A DNA stretch of 64,000 nucleotides from contig JBILLK010000001.1 in assembly GCA_044376115.1 (NCBI GenBank), positions 256,001-320,000 of the forward strand, written 5' to 3'. This document shows positions 11,968 through 21,738 of the stretch, piece by piece. The notes beneath the pieces are model-generated. The model ran no database searches. It saw only the letters and a list, made by a program, of their open reading frames with translations, and had not been told where the DNA came from. Source of the stretch: Polyangiaceae bacterium. GTDB lineage: Bacteria > Myxococcota_A > Polyangia > Polyangiales > Polyangiaceae. Both the position numbers and the translations under genes were made by a program. Position 1 is the stretch's first letter; each line of letters opens with the position of its first letter.

Positions 11968-12825
11968 ATGGGTGAGTTCAAGCTCCCGATCGACAAGCTG
12001 GTTCACCCGCTCGAGGTGCCGCCCGGCACAGAGCTGACGTTCTCAGGAAGCTATCGTACGCAAGATGGGGCGACGCTCGACGCTGCCACGACCACCTGGC
12101 CCGCTGGCGAATCCGGACCGGCGGGCGTCGATGCGGGCGGCATCATCGATTTTGCGGCGGGCGGCTTACGCATGGTCTCGCGAGATCCGACGACGCATGA
12201 GGTGGTCGCGATCGCCACCGGCGATGAAGGCCCTGTTTGCAAAGCCCTCGGAACGAAGTCGCCTTGCCTCGTGCTGCGCACGGTACCGCTGTCGCGCACT
12301 CGCTTGGTGACCGTCACCGAGCTGACCAAATCGATGATGGGCGGCATCACGGTAAAACATGTGACGCCGCCTCCTCCTCCGCCGCCTTCTGCGCTCGCGC
12401 CCGCCGCAGATCTGCTCAAGCATCCTGCGACCATTACGGTCCTCGCGGCCTCGGCGCTCGCTGGCGTCGGGGCGCTCGCGTGGGTGATTCGTCGCAGACA
12501 GCAGCTCTCCGCAGAGGGGCAACTGCGAGCTCTGACCAAACGCGTGCAAGCAAAGTTGCAGGTCGCAGACGCGGCGCTCGTGGCCACGTTGACGCCGGCG
12601 CTCAAGCGCGTCGTCAGCTCCGTCTCGAACAAGAAGCTCGACGCCAAGAGCCCCGAGGCCGAGCGCGTCAAAGCGTTGCTGCTCCGTATTGAGTCTTCGA
12701 TCGAGACGAGTCAGCGGGCCAAAGAGAACGCCAAACAGCAAGCTGCTGCCGATGAGCTCGTGACCGAAATGGAAGCGGCGATGGAAGCCGCCGAAGAGAC
12801 GATCAGCGCGGCGCGGCATCACTGA
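11968..12825 (+). CDS. Hypothetical membrane protein with single TM helix and C-terminal coiled coil
   Basis: Starts 6 bp after the VWA gene; TM segment ITVLAASALAGVGALAWVI followed by RRR. Confidence 0.7.
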   Translation: MGEFKLPIDKLVHPLEVPPGTELTFSGSYRTQDGATLDAATTTWPAGESGPAGVDAGGIIDFAAGGLRMVSRDPTTHEVVAIATGDEGPVCKALGTKSPCLVLRTVPLSRTRLVTVTELTKSMMGGITVKHVTPPPPPPPSALAPAADLLKHPATITVLAASALAGVGALAWVIRRRQQLSAEGQLRALTKRVQAKLQVADAALVATLTPALKRVVSSVSNKKLDAKSPEAERVKALLLRIESSIETSQRAKENAKQQAAADELVTEMEAAMEAAEETISAARHH

Positions 12826-12905
12826 GCTGGCCGTCTCAAGAAAGCGGAAAGCTTTTGGCGATGCCGCACGTCTAGCATCCACCCACCTCAACCAAGCGAG
12901 TGTTC

Positions 12906-14258
12906 ATGCGTTTCTCACGGTTCTTGTTGCCTGCGATTTTTTGTTTGGGCTGTGATCCCCAAGCCGCTCCACAAACCGGAAGGGACGCCTCGTCGTCGAC
13001 CGGTGCATCGGCTTCGCCGACCTCGTCATCCAAGCCGCAGCCAACGTCGAGCACCTCGAGCACCACGCCTTCCGCTACGGCGACGACGCCGGAGGTCCCC
13101 GCTCCGCCTAAAGACGCCGTCGCCAAGCTCGCGGCGAGCAGCAACCAGTTCGGCTTCGACCTCTACAAGAAGCTCGGCGAGAAGAACAAAGGCAACCTAG
13201 TGATCTCGCCCGCCAGCCTGACCACGGCCTTGGCCATGACGTGGGGCGGCGCCAAAGGCGAGACAGAAAAGCAGATGCGGAAGGCGCTGCATTTATCGGG
13301 AACCACCGATGAGGTGATGGACACCTCCGGCAAGCTTGCTCAGAGCTTGACTAATCCTTCACGCTCGGTCGTGTTCCGCATTGCCAACCGCCTATTCGGC
13401 GAGAAGACCTACGGCTTCGAGAAGGATTACCTCGACCGAACCAAGAAAGCGTACGGCGCGCCGCTCGAGCAAGTGGACTTCGTCAAGGCGGCCGAACCAG
13501 CGCGCACGTTGATCAATGGCTGGGTGGAGGAGAAGACCGAGAAACGCATCAAGGACCTGATTCCACCCAAGGCGATCGACACAGAGACGCGGTTGGTCTT
13601 GGTCAACGCCATCTACTTCCTCGGGGACTGGGACGAGCCCTTCGAGAAACAGCGCACCCAGCCCGGGCCGTTTCAGCTCGGCGGCGGCAAGACGAAGGAG
13701 GTGCCGATGATGAACCGCACCGACGGCCTCAAGATCGGTCAACTTGGTGGCGCCACCGCGCTCGAGCTTCCCTACAAGGGCGGGGAGATGTCGATGGTTT
13801 TGGTGGTCCCCGACAAGGTGGACGGCCTTGCCGCACTCGAGAAGTCGCTCGACGATAGCTCGCTCAATGCGCTGCTCGGGTCGATGAAGTCGGAGCGAGT
13901 TTGGGCGAGCATTCCAAAGTTCGAGATCAATCCGAGCGAGTCTTTGGCGCTCAAAGAGCTATTGATCGGGCTGGGCATGACGGAGGCGTTTGATCGTCGT
14001 AAAGCCGACTTCACCGGCATCGCCAATCCATCCAAAGCCGAGGACCGCTTGGTCATCAGCCAGGTGTTTCACAAGGGCTTCATTCGCGTAGACGAGCAGG
14101 GCACGGAAGCCGCCGCGGCCACCGCCGTCGTTCAAGCTCGGGCCGGCGCAGCTCCGATGAAGCCGCGCGAGTTCAAGGCGGATCGGCCGTTCATGTTCTT
14201 CATCCGCGACAACGCCAGCGGACTCACGCTGTTCATGGGTCGTGTGACGGAGCCGTAG
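12906..14258 (+). CDS. Serpin family lipoprotein
   Basis: N.VISP.S, NAIYF.G.W, GTEAAAAT hinge and ADRPF.F.I motifs; CLGC lipobox with Ser/Thr linker. Confidence 0.95.
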   Translation: MRFSRFLLPAIFCLGCDPQAAPQTGRDASSSTGASASPTSSSKPQPTSSTSSTTPSATATTPEVPAPPKDAVAKLAASSNQFGFDLYKKLGEKNKGNLVISPASLTTALAMTWGGAKGETEKQMRKALHLSGTTDEVMDTSGKLAQSLTNPSRSVVFRIANRLFGEKTYGFEKDYLDRTKKAYGAPLEQVDFVKAAEPARTLINGWVEEKTEKRIKDLIPPKAIDTETRLVLVNAIYFLGDWDEPFEKQRTQPGPFQLGGGKTKEVPMMNRTDGLKIGQLGGATALELPYKGGEMSMVLVVPDKVDGLAALEKSLDDSSLNALLGSMKSERVWASIPKFEINPSESLALKELLIGLGMTEAFDRRKADFTGIANPSKAEDRLVISQVFHKGFIRVDEQGTEAAAATAVVQARAGAAPMKPREFKADRPFMFFIRDNASGLTLFMGRVTEP

Positions 14259-14838
14259 GCGGCATGATGATCCCAAGTTCTTCTCGAACCACCTGAGAGA
14301 GGACGTACCGCTCGTTTCGACCTTCGTTGAAACGAGCGGCGGTCGCGTTGAGGAACGGCTGGTCGATCACCTCGTCGGCAGGAATGTCCTCGGTTCGGTG
14401 CTGGAGGAAGTTCTTCATGCAGGTGCGTTCGACGCGTTCTTCGCTCTCGAGCGCTCCGCCTTCGAGCACGCGCAAGCGACGCTTCCCATCGGGAAAAACG
14501 AGCTCGGGAACCACGCGGTAAGGCAGGCCAAAGGCGCGACACACGAGCGGCCTCGCGGGGTAGATCGAACAGCGAGCGTCGTCGTCGAGCAGCACGCAAC
14601 CAACGCCCTCTTCACGCTCGGCGAGCGAGCGTATGCGCTGCTTGTCGGCTTCATTCAGCGTGCGGAGCCACTCGCGAATCACGTCCGCCTCGTACGCCGC
14701 GATGGTCAGCCCACCCACTCGGCCGCAACAATCCCCGCAGCCGGATTGGCACAGGAGCTCTTCGGGGTGGCGCTCGATCGTGCGTCCAAAGGCCTCGTCG
14801 ATTGCGGTCCACACAGCTTGCAGTCGCGGATCAGCCAC
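14233..14838 (-). CDS. YkgJ family (CxxxCxxCC) cysteine-cluster protein
   Basis: CQSGCGDCC and C..L....CSIY.ARP..CR.F motifs; GTG start 14838 preceded by TACGCT-N6. Confidence 0.8.
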   Translation of the reverse strand: MADPRLQAVWTAIDEAFGRTIERHPEELLCQSGCGDCCGRVGGLTIAAYEADVIREWLRTLNEADKQRIRSLAEREEGVGCVLLDDDARCSIYPARPLVCRAFGLPYRVVPELVFPDGKRRLRVLEGGALESEERVERTCMKNFLQHRTEDIPADEVIDQPFLNATAARFNEGRNERYVLSQVVREELGIIMPPTAPSHDP

Positions 14839-14881
14839 GGGCCCAGCGTAGCGAAGTTCAACGGGCCTACCAACGCTGGAG

Positions 14882-15436
14882 TCAGGGCAGCTCGCTCTTG
14901 AAGGCGGTCTCGAGGGGCGCAATGTCCACCACGCCAACGAACTTCTGACGGCCAATGAAGATCATCGGCAGGCCGTCTCCACCGCTTTGCTCCCAAGCCT
15001 CGAGATCCTCGGCCAACCGCTGCTTCGGCAGATCGCTGCGCAGGCATTCTTTGAAGCTCTCGATGTTGAGCCCTGCATGTTGGGCCAACGTCAGCACGCC
15101 ATCATCGCCGAGCCGAGCGCCCTCCATCAACGCACGGTGCATCGGCGCGAGCTTGCCTTGCTGCTCAGCACAAATAGCCACTTCGGCCGCTTCACGAGCG
15201 CCGTGGTGCTTCTCGAGTGGGACCTGCCGAATCACCAAATGCACGCGCCCCTCGTACATATCCAAGAGCGGCGCCAGGACGTCGAACATGGTTTGGCAAT
15301 GGGTGCAGCGGTAGTCCACGAACTCGACGATCGTCACCTCGCCCGCGGCTGCCTCGGCAATGTGCGACTCGATCGGGCTCGGTGCCGACGCGCACGCGGC
15401 AGTAAGGCTCAGCATCGCTAGCAAGGTCGTCCGCAT
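14882..15436 (-). CDS. DsbA/thioredoxin-fold lipoprotein
   Basis: EFVDYRCTHC, AAEVAICA.QQGK and GLPMIFIG (cis-Pro loop) motifs; TAAC lipobox. Confidence 0.85.
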   Translation of the reverse strand: MRTTLLAMLSLTAACASAPSPIESHIAEAAAGEVTIVEFVDYRCTHCQTMFDVLAPLLDMYEGRVHLVIRQVPLEKHHGAREAAEVAICAEQQGKLAPMHRALMEGARLGDDGVLTLAQHAGLNIESFKECLRSDLPKQRLAEDLEAWEQSGGDGLPMIFIGRQKFVGVVDIAPLETAFKSELP

Positions 15437-15528
15437 ACGCCAGCTTGTCGCATGCGCCACGCTGTGGCTCAAGTCCCGCCGGACTGGAGACTGGCGGTCG
15501 AGCAGCGCGGGTACTATCGTGACCTCCA

Positions 15529-17604
15529 GTGTCTCTTTTCCAACTCGTAAGTGATTTCTCGCCCAAAGGTGATCAGCCTCAAGCGATTGAGCAGATCTGC
15601 GAGGGGCTGAAGAGCCAGCGGGCGTTCCAAACGCTGCTGGGCGTCACCGGCAGCGGCAAGACTTTTACCGCAGCCAAGGTGATTGAGAACTACGGGCGCC
15701 CCACGCTAGTGATGGCGCCAAACAAGACGTTGGCGGCGCAGCTCTACGGCGAGTTCCGCGATCTGTTCCCGAACAACGCGGTCCACTTTTTCGTTAGCTA
15801 TTACGACTACTACCAGCCCGAAGCCTACGTCCCGACGACAGACACCTTCATCGAGAAGGACGCCATCATCAACGACGTGATCGACCGCATGCGCCATGCG
15901 GCGACCCACGCGTTGCTCTCGCGTGAGGACGTGATCATCGTGGCCTCGGTCAGCTGCATCTACGGCATCGGCAGCGCCGAATCGTACGCCGGCCTGCTGA
16001 TTGAGCTGGAGGCGGGCACCGAGTTCCGTCGGGACGAGCTGCTGCGGCGCCTGGTCGACATCCAATATGAACGCAACGACGTCGACTTCCACCGTGGCAC
16101 CTTCCGGGTGCGCGGCGACGTCGTCGAAATTTTCCCCGCCTACGAAGAGTCGTTGGCCATCCGCGTCGAGTACTTCGGCGACGAGATCGAAGCGCTGAAA
16201 GAAGTGGATCCACTGCGCGGTAAGGTGCTCGGCTCAATCAAGCGCACGGCGATCTTCCCCGGCTCCCACTACGTGACCGAGCAAGAGCAGATGCGGCGCG
16301 CGATCAAACAGATCCGCGAAGAGCTGCGTGAGCGCCTCGACGAGTACGACAGCAACGGCAGGTTCCTCGAGAAGCAGCGCCTCGAACAGCGAACCATGTA
16401 CGACCTCGAGATGATGGAGCAGATGGGCTTCTGCAACGGCATCGAGAACTACTCGCGCCATCTTTCAGGCCGAGTGAGCGGTGATCCGCCGCCAACGCTG
16501 ATCGACTACTTCCCCAAAGACTTTCTGCTGATCATCGACGAGTCACATCAGACCGTGCCGCAGGTCGGCGCCATGTTCCGCGGTGACCGCGCGCGCAAGG
16601 AGACGCTGGTTGCCCATGGCTTCCGTCTCCCCAGCGCACTCGACAATCGGCCACTGAAGTTCGAGGAGTTCGAGCAGCACTGTCGTCATGTGCTCTTCGT
16701 CAGCGCGACCCCGGGTGAATACGAGTTCGAGAAGAGCGAGGGCGTGGTGGTCGAGCAGATCATCCGGCCCACGGGCTTGATTGATCCGCCGATTGAGATC
16801 GTGCCCGTAGGCGGCCAGGTGGATGACCTGCTCGGTCGGGTACGAGAGCGCGTGAAGCTCGGTGACCGCGTGCTGGTAACCACGTTGACCAAGCGTATGG
16901 CGGAGGATCTCACCGAGTACTACACCGAGCTCGGTGTCCGCGTGCGCTACCTGCATAGCGACATCGACACGCTCGAGCGCGTCGAGATCTTGAGGGATCT
17001 GCGCCGCGGAGAGTTCGACGTGTTGGTGGGCATCAACCTACTACGTGAAGGCCTCGACCTGCCGGAGGTATCGCTGGTGGCCATCCTGGACGCCGACAAA
17101 GAGGGCTTCTTGCGTAGCCCACGCTCACTGATCCAGACCATCGGCCGCGCGGCCCGCAACCTCCGCGGGCAGGTGATCATGTACGCCGACCGCATCACCC
17201 CGGCGATGAAGCAAGCGATCGAGGAGACCGACCGTCGACGCAAGATTCAGCAGACCTACAACGTCGACCACAACATCACACCGGCGACCGTGACCAAGGC
17301 CATCCTGGACATGTCGCCGACCTCGGGAACGCGCGACTACGTGACCGTACCGAAGCTCAAGCTGGCCGGCCTGGAGGCTGAGTCTTCGGCGGATTTGCCC
17401 GAAGTAATCGAGGCTTTGCGGCAAGAAATGTTATCCGCGGCCGAGGCGCTCGACTTCGAACGAGCAGCGAAGATCCGCGATCAGCTCAAGAAGCTACGCG
17501 GCGAGGGTGATGGTGGGAAAGACCCCGCTCGTGTGGGAGACGTCTCCTCCAAGGCGCAAAAGCCCAAGACTCGACCAGGAACAAAGGGCCGTTCGCGCCG
17601 CTGA
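15529..17604 (+). CDS. uvrB: Excinuclease ABC subunit B
   Basis: [38 protein letters not shown] and C-terminal UVR motif FERAA.IRD. Confidence 0.98.
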   Translation: MSLFQLVSDFSPKGDQPQAIEQICEGLKSQRAFQTLLGVTGSGKTFTAAKVIENYGRPTLVMAPNKTLAAQLYGEFRDLFPNNAVHFFVSYYDYYQPEAYVPTTDTFIEKDAIINDVIDRMRHAATHALLSREDVIIVASVSCIYGIGSAESYAGLLIELEAGTEFRRDELLRRLVDIQYERNDVDFHRGTFRVRGDVVEIFPAYEESLAIRVEYFGDEIEALKEVDPLRGKVLGSIKRTAIFPGSHYVTEQEQMRRAIKQIREELRERLDEYDSNGRFLEKQRLEQRTMYDLEMMEQMGFCNGIENYSRHLSGRVSGDPPPTLIDYFPKDFLLIIDESHQTVPQVGAMFRGDRARKETLVAHGFRLPSALDNRPLKFEEFEQHCRHVLFVSATPGEYEFEKSEGVVVEQIIRPTGLIDPPIEIVPVGGQVDDLLGRVRERVKLGDRVLVTTLTKRMAEDLTEYYTELGVRVRYLHSDIDTLERVEILRDLRRGEFDVLVGINLLREGLDLPEVSLVAILDADKEGFLRSPRSLIQTIGRAARNLRGQVIMYADRITPAMKQAIEETDRRRKIQQTYNVDHNITPATVTKAILDMSPTSGTRDYVTVPKLKLAGLEAESSADLPEVIEALRQEMLSAAEALDFERAAKIRDQLKKLRGEGDGGKDPARVGDVSSKAQKPKTRPGTKGRSRR

Positions 17605-17646
17605 GTACGCCTGCAACCACCGTCGGTTGAGTGCTACCTTCGGGGG

Positions 17647-19350
17647 ATGCGCCTAGTTCCCCATCGTTGGGCTGCTCCACTTCTTCTCCTGTCTGCAACG
17701 TTGGCTACCGGCTGCGGCGATGATTCATCGTCCGGTGGCTCCAGCAGCGGCGGAGCACCAACTTCGGGTGGTGGAGGCGCGGGCGGCGACGGTGGCAGCG
17801 GCGGTAGTGGTGGAGCCGCCGTCGATCCAACGCAGGCTTGCGTCGATCTTGGTTTGCCATCGCTCGAATTCATCGCCGATGGCGCCGGCAATCTGCGCGG
17901 CGAGGTCGCCGGCGACTTCGAGCTCGCACTCGTAGACGGCACCACCTTCTCGCTGCAAGAGCGCTTCTCCGGCTGTGATTCGTACATCTTCTTGCCCGAT
18001 ACCTTGGTGGTGAGCGACTTGGACGAGAGCAGCCTTTGGGAGAAAGACCTCGATGATCTGATCGAGCTGTCGCCCAAGAACGTTCACTACTTCTTCGTCT
18101 CGCGGCGCACTGACGAGGCCGAGGCGACAGCTTCAACGACGGCGATGCAGAGTCGTATCGAAGCGGAGCTCGCGAAGCTACCCGTCGAGGATGCGGCGCA
18201 TTGGGCCGAGCGGCTGCACGTGGTGAAGGATCGCGCGGCTGTGATCGAGGGCTACGTTGGAGGTTTGCTCGACGGCATTGGGCGCATCGGCTTCGCCATC
18301 GATCGCGAGCAGAAGTTGCGCGGCGTAGGCTTCCTCGCGGACGTCAATCGCTACAGCAGCGCGCTCGCTCAACAGGAGCTTTGGCCTTGGCGGTCGAACC
18401 TCGCGTATGCCGCAAACGAGGCGCTCTACATGAATGGCCAAGCCGAGCTGAGCGCGCGTCTCGCGGCAGAGGATGCCGTCGTCTTGACTATCTGGGATGG
18501 CGAGACGCTCGAGGAGTTCGCCGAGATCGATGTGTCAATTCCTTCGGCCAGTGGGATGGACGCGTTCGATACGCTGGAGCTCGAGGTCGAGAGCCGCTGC
18601 CCACTCGAGGACCAACTCGAGTTCGGCAATTGCGGCGCGTGGGATTACATCGCTTCGTTCGCGTTGCTCGAGGGCGAAACGCGCCATGAGATCTCGCGCT
18701 TCATCACCAGCTACCACCGTGAGACCCGTTGGGTGGTGGACGCCTCGGCCTTGTTGCCGCTGCTGCAAGGCGATGGGGAGCGTCACTTCCGTTGGGATTT
18801 TGCGCCTTCCTGGAACACCCAGCCGACGCGCACCCGCTTCTCGTTGCGCTTCTCCAACCAAGGCAAGGAAGCGAAGCCAACCAGCGTCACTCCGCTATGG
18901 ACAGGCGCTCCCTTCAACTCGATGTACAACGCCACGCGTGAGCCTTTCACCACCACGATTCCCGCTGGCACGAAGAAAGTAGAGTTCTTCGCGATCGTGA
19001 CCGGGCACGGCGCAGCGACCAGCCAATGTGCTGAGTTCTGCAACCACCAACATCGGCTCACCGCCAACGGCACTGCCTTCGACAAGGAGTTCACCGAGGC
19101 CGGCACCGAGGAAGGCTGCATCGCCGAAACGCCAAACCTGATGGTGCCAAACCAAGCAGGCACCTGGTGGTTCGGGCGGGGCGGCTGGTGTCCCGGACAA
19201 CAGGTCAAACCGTGGGTGATCGACCTCACCGATGTTGCCGCGCCCGGCGAAGAACTGACCCTAACTTATGAGGGCCTGTTCGGCGGGATGACCCCGCCGG
19301 ATGACGCCGGAGACATCGTGCTCTCGTCGTACCTCGTCATGCACCAATAG
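17647..19350 (+). CDS. Peptide-N-glycosidase F-like lipoprotein
   Basis: C.AWDY, EISRFITSY, TGHG...CAEFC...H and NQAGTW...R.GWCPG motifs typical of PNGase F-type domains; TGCGDD lipobox. Confidence 0.75.
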   Translation: MRLVPHRWAAPLLLLSATLATGCGDDSSSGGSSSGGAPTSGGGGAGGDGGSGGSGGAAVDPTQACVDLGLPSLEFIADGAGNLRGEVAGDFELALVDGTTFSLQERFSGCDSYIFLPDTLVVSDLDESSLWEKDLDDLIELSPKNVHYFFVSRRTDEAEATASTTAMQSRIEAELAKLPVEDAAHWAERLHVVKDRAAVIEGYVGGLLDGIGRIGFAIDREQKLRGVGFLADVNRYSSALAQQELWPWRSNLAYAANEALYMNGQAELSARLAAEDAVVLTIWDGETLEEFAEIDVSIPSASGMDAFDTLELEVESRCPLEDQLEFGNCGAWDYIASFALLEGETRHEISRFITSYHRETRWVVDASALLPLLQGDGERHFRWDFAPSWNTQPTRTRFSLRFSNQGKEAKPTSVTPLWTGAPFNSMYNATREPFTTTIPAGTKKVEFFAIVTGHGAATSQCAEFCNHQHRLTANGTAFDKEFTEAGTEEGCIAETPNLMVPNQAGTWWFGRGGWCPGQQVKPWVIDLTDVAAPGEELTLTYEGLFGGMTPPDDAGDIVLSSYLVMHQ

Positions 19351-19356
19351 CGGTGC

Positions 19357-20373
19357 TCAAAGGCTCGGCACGCGCACCAAGACGTTGTCCCGCCCTTGCT
19401 CGACCTCGATCGTCTTGCCCGTCAACTGACGCAGCAGCTCGATCTGAGTTCGGGCGTGGAGCGAGAGCGGGCCGGTTCGAAAACACCCACCGCCCCCGAA
19501 GAGCATGGGGAGCAGCAGCTGATCGGCGAGGTGCTCGCCGACCGGTACCGTTGAATCGATGAAGGCCTGTGCCTCGCTGGCGAGGTTGGAAGCGACTTGC
19601 TCTGCTGAGATGCCACGCGCGCCGAACAAAGTAATGAGCTCGCTGGCGTGCTCGAACTGCAGCTGCGCCATAGCAACGTTTCCCGGCCCGGTCGCGGCCA
19701 CATGCTCAGCCTGGACGCGCACGTGATCCCAGAAGGACGCGTAAGCCTGCGCCTCGCGCTCGGCGATGCGAGCGTCCAGACCTGCAACAAGGAAGTGCCC
19801 GGCGTGCGCGAGCAACGTCCCACGCTCAAGCAGCTCGAGCGCGCCCAAGCCAGCACACGGCTCGATCAGCGCATGAAACTCACCTCCGCCACGCGGGTAC
19901 AGGCCGAACCGCTTGAAGCGCAGCTCGACCTTGGCGCCCAGCGCTCGCAAGCGCGGTACGAACACCTGTTCCAAGAAGTGAAACGGCGGTGCCATTGGGT
20001 TGTGGGTTCCACCGCGGAACACCAACGTCGACGGGCGCTTGGCGCGCAGCAGCAACGGTAACAGCACGGTCTGAAACACCAACGTCGAGCTGCCAGCCGT
20101 TTCAACGTCGAACACGTACTCACCGCCTTCCACCAGGCCCGGGGAGAACGTCACCTGCCGCGACCCGACGGAGTCCCCTTCGACACGAGCACAACCAACC
20201 GTTTGCGCGGCGCGCAGGGCTGTAAGGTGCTGACGCGCAAGCCCAGGCTTCGGCCGCCCGTGTCGCACCTTGACGATGCGAATCGCAACGCCGCTCAGCA
20301 AGCTCACCGAAAGCGAGGTGCGCAACACCTGACCGCCGCCTTCGCCCATTGAACCGTCGATCTCGAGAACCAT
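19357..20373 (-). CDS. rtcA: RNA 3'-terminal phosphate cyclase
   Basis: DGS.GEGGGQ.LR, RPKPGL.RQH, GGTHNP.AP, YP.GGG and EHLADQL motifs; C-terminal catalytic His in SLHART. Confidence 0.93.
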   Translation of the reverse strand: MVLEIDGSMGEGGGQVLRTSLSVSLLSGVAIRIVKVRHGRPKPGLARQHLTALRAAQTVGCARVEGDSVGSRQVTFSPGLVEGGEYVFDVETAGSSTLVFQTVLLPLLLRAKRPSTLVFRGGTHNPMAPPFHFLEQVFVPRLRALGAKVELRFKRFGLYPRGGGEFHALIEPCAGLGALELLERGTLLAHAGHFLVAGLDARIAEREAQAYASFWDHVRVQAEHVAATGPGNVAMAQLQFEHASELITLFGARGISAEQVASNLASEAQAFIDSTVPVGEHLADQLLLPMLFGGGGCFRTGPLSLHARTQIELLRQLTGKTIEVEQGRDNVLVRVPSL

Positions 20374-20509
20374 GCTTGCAACTACGCGCGAATCGCCGGG
20401 AGCTGACGCTGGTTATTCGCGTTGCCGAGCAAGAATCCGACGTGGTCTCCTGCGTATCATCTCGTCATACGGTCACTAAGACCGCCGTTGCTTGTTCCAG
20501 GAGGAATCT

Positions 20510-20941
20510 ATGCGTGCTTCGTTGGTTCTCGTTTCGCTCGTGCTCGCGATCTCATCGATGACTGGCTGCGTGGTCTACGCCAACGGCGGCGCTAGCGAGA
20601 CAGGTGACAAGGCCATGAGGGCCGAGGGCTGGACGAAGCTGGGTGAACGTTGGGTTCAGGGAAATACAGACAGGGACGTGATCGAGGTCGGTAAGGGCGA
20701 GGGCAGGTTCCGCCGGCTCATTCTTGTCGTCGAGCACAGCGCTCTCGAGATGTACAACATGGATGTGGAGTTCCTCGATGGCACCCACTTCTCCCCCGAG
20801 ACCCGCTTCAAGTTCGAGGAAGGCGTCAAGTCCCGGGAGATCGATCTTCCGGGTGATGCCCGCGGGATCAAGCGCATCAGCTTCAAGTACGGAAACGTTC
20901 CCGGCGGCGGCAAGTCGCAGATTGAGGTGTGGGGGCGCTAA
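20510..20941 (+). CDS. Small lipoprotein, DUF2541/YaaI-like
   Basis: SD AGGAGG, TGC lipobox, W.KLG...V....DRD.I.V and SR.IDL.G..R.I..I motifs. Confidence 0.7.
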   Translation: MRASLVLVSLVLAISSMTGCVVYANGGASETGDKAMRAEGWTKLGERWVQGNTDRDVIEVGKGEGRFRRLILVVEHSALEMYNMDVEFLDGTHFSPETRFKFEEGVKSREIDLPGDARGIKRISFKYGNVPGGGKSQIEVWGR

Positions 20942-21096
20942 AGCGGGCGCTGCAGCAAGAGCCGCCAGGCGATTAGCCCAATCAGGCCCAGCATAGCGAT
21001 GACGACCAGCACCTCCACGGTGTTGGTCCCGTAGCGCAGCCTGCGGCGAACGCCACGCTTGGCCGGGCTAGGGCAGCCTCGTGCTCGACGGTTCAT
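20938..21096 (-). CDS. Putative minimal prepilin/Flp-like small protein (52 aa)
   Basis: Basic leader RRRLRYG, then TNTVE (Glu at +5) and a hydrophobic helix; stop codon interlocks with the convergent gene's stop at CTAA 20938-20941. Confidence 0.45.
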   Translation of the reverse strand: MNRRARGCPSPAKRGVRRRLRYGTNTVEVLVVIAMLGLIGLIAWRLLLQRPL

Positions 21097-21110
21097 GCTA
21101 CTTTCGGCTG

Positions 21111-21671
21111 ATGCAGACCAGCAGCCTCCTTGTCGCGATGTTGTTCGCCAGCGGAAGTTGCCTTTGGGCTCCGCTGGCCGAGGCACAAACGATTGAAACG
21201 CCCAACGGTCACCCGGACTACCGTGTCGAGCTTGAGCCGCACGCAACCGTCGCGGTATTTCGAAATGGGCTCATCGGATTCGAAGGCAGAGGCCGTGAAT
21301 CATACTTCGGGACGCCAGGGTTCGGCGGAGGCTTTCGAGCGTCGATCGAGCTAGCCGACCCTGCCTTCATTTCAAAGCTCAACAACACGGTGGGCATCAC
21401 CTTCGGCATCGATGTGACGTCGTGCGAGGTCTGTTCGAACGACGCGGTCTTGTACTTCCCAGTGGCCGTGCAGTGGAACTTCTTCTTTTCCAAGGAGTGG
21501 GGGGCTTTCGGTGAGCTTGGACCAATGATTCGTGCGGACTTGGGCGACGAGGTTCTGCCGGATTTGTACGCTCAGGTTGGCGGGAGGTACCTGTTCAGCG
21601 ATGAGGTAGGGCTAACCTTGCGGATTGGCTACCCGTTCGTGACGTTTGGGGTGAGCTTTTTCGCGGGCTAA
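21111..21671 (+). CDS. Outer-membrane beta-barrel-like protein
   Basis: Signal peptide ending AEA-Q, alternating aromatic beta strands, C-terminal GVSFF. Confidence 0.7.
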   Translation: MQTSSLLVAMLFASGSCLWAPLAEAQTIETPNGHPDYRVELEPHATVAVFRNGLIGFEGRGRESYFGTPGFGGGFRASIELADPAFISKLNNTVGITFGIDVTSCEVCSNDAVLYFPVAVQWNFFFSKEWGAFGELGPMIRADLGDEVLPDLYAQVGGRYLFSDEVGLTLRIGYPFVTFGVSFFAG

Positions 21672-21738
21672 CCACGCGCGGCCACCAAAGGTTCTTTAAC
21701 GAGGCATGGGCGCTGCTTGGCGCTAAGCTTGTCCTCGA

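Noticed and set aside
15440..15528. LexA box upstream of uvrB
   Set aside because: No recognisable palindrome or GAAC/GTTC-type site.
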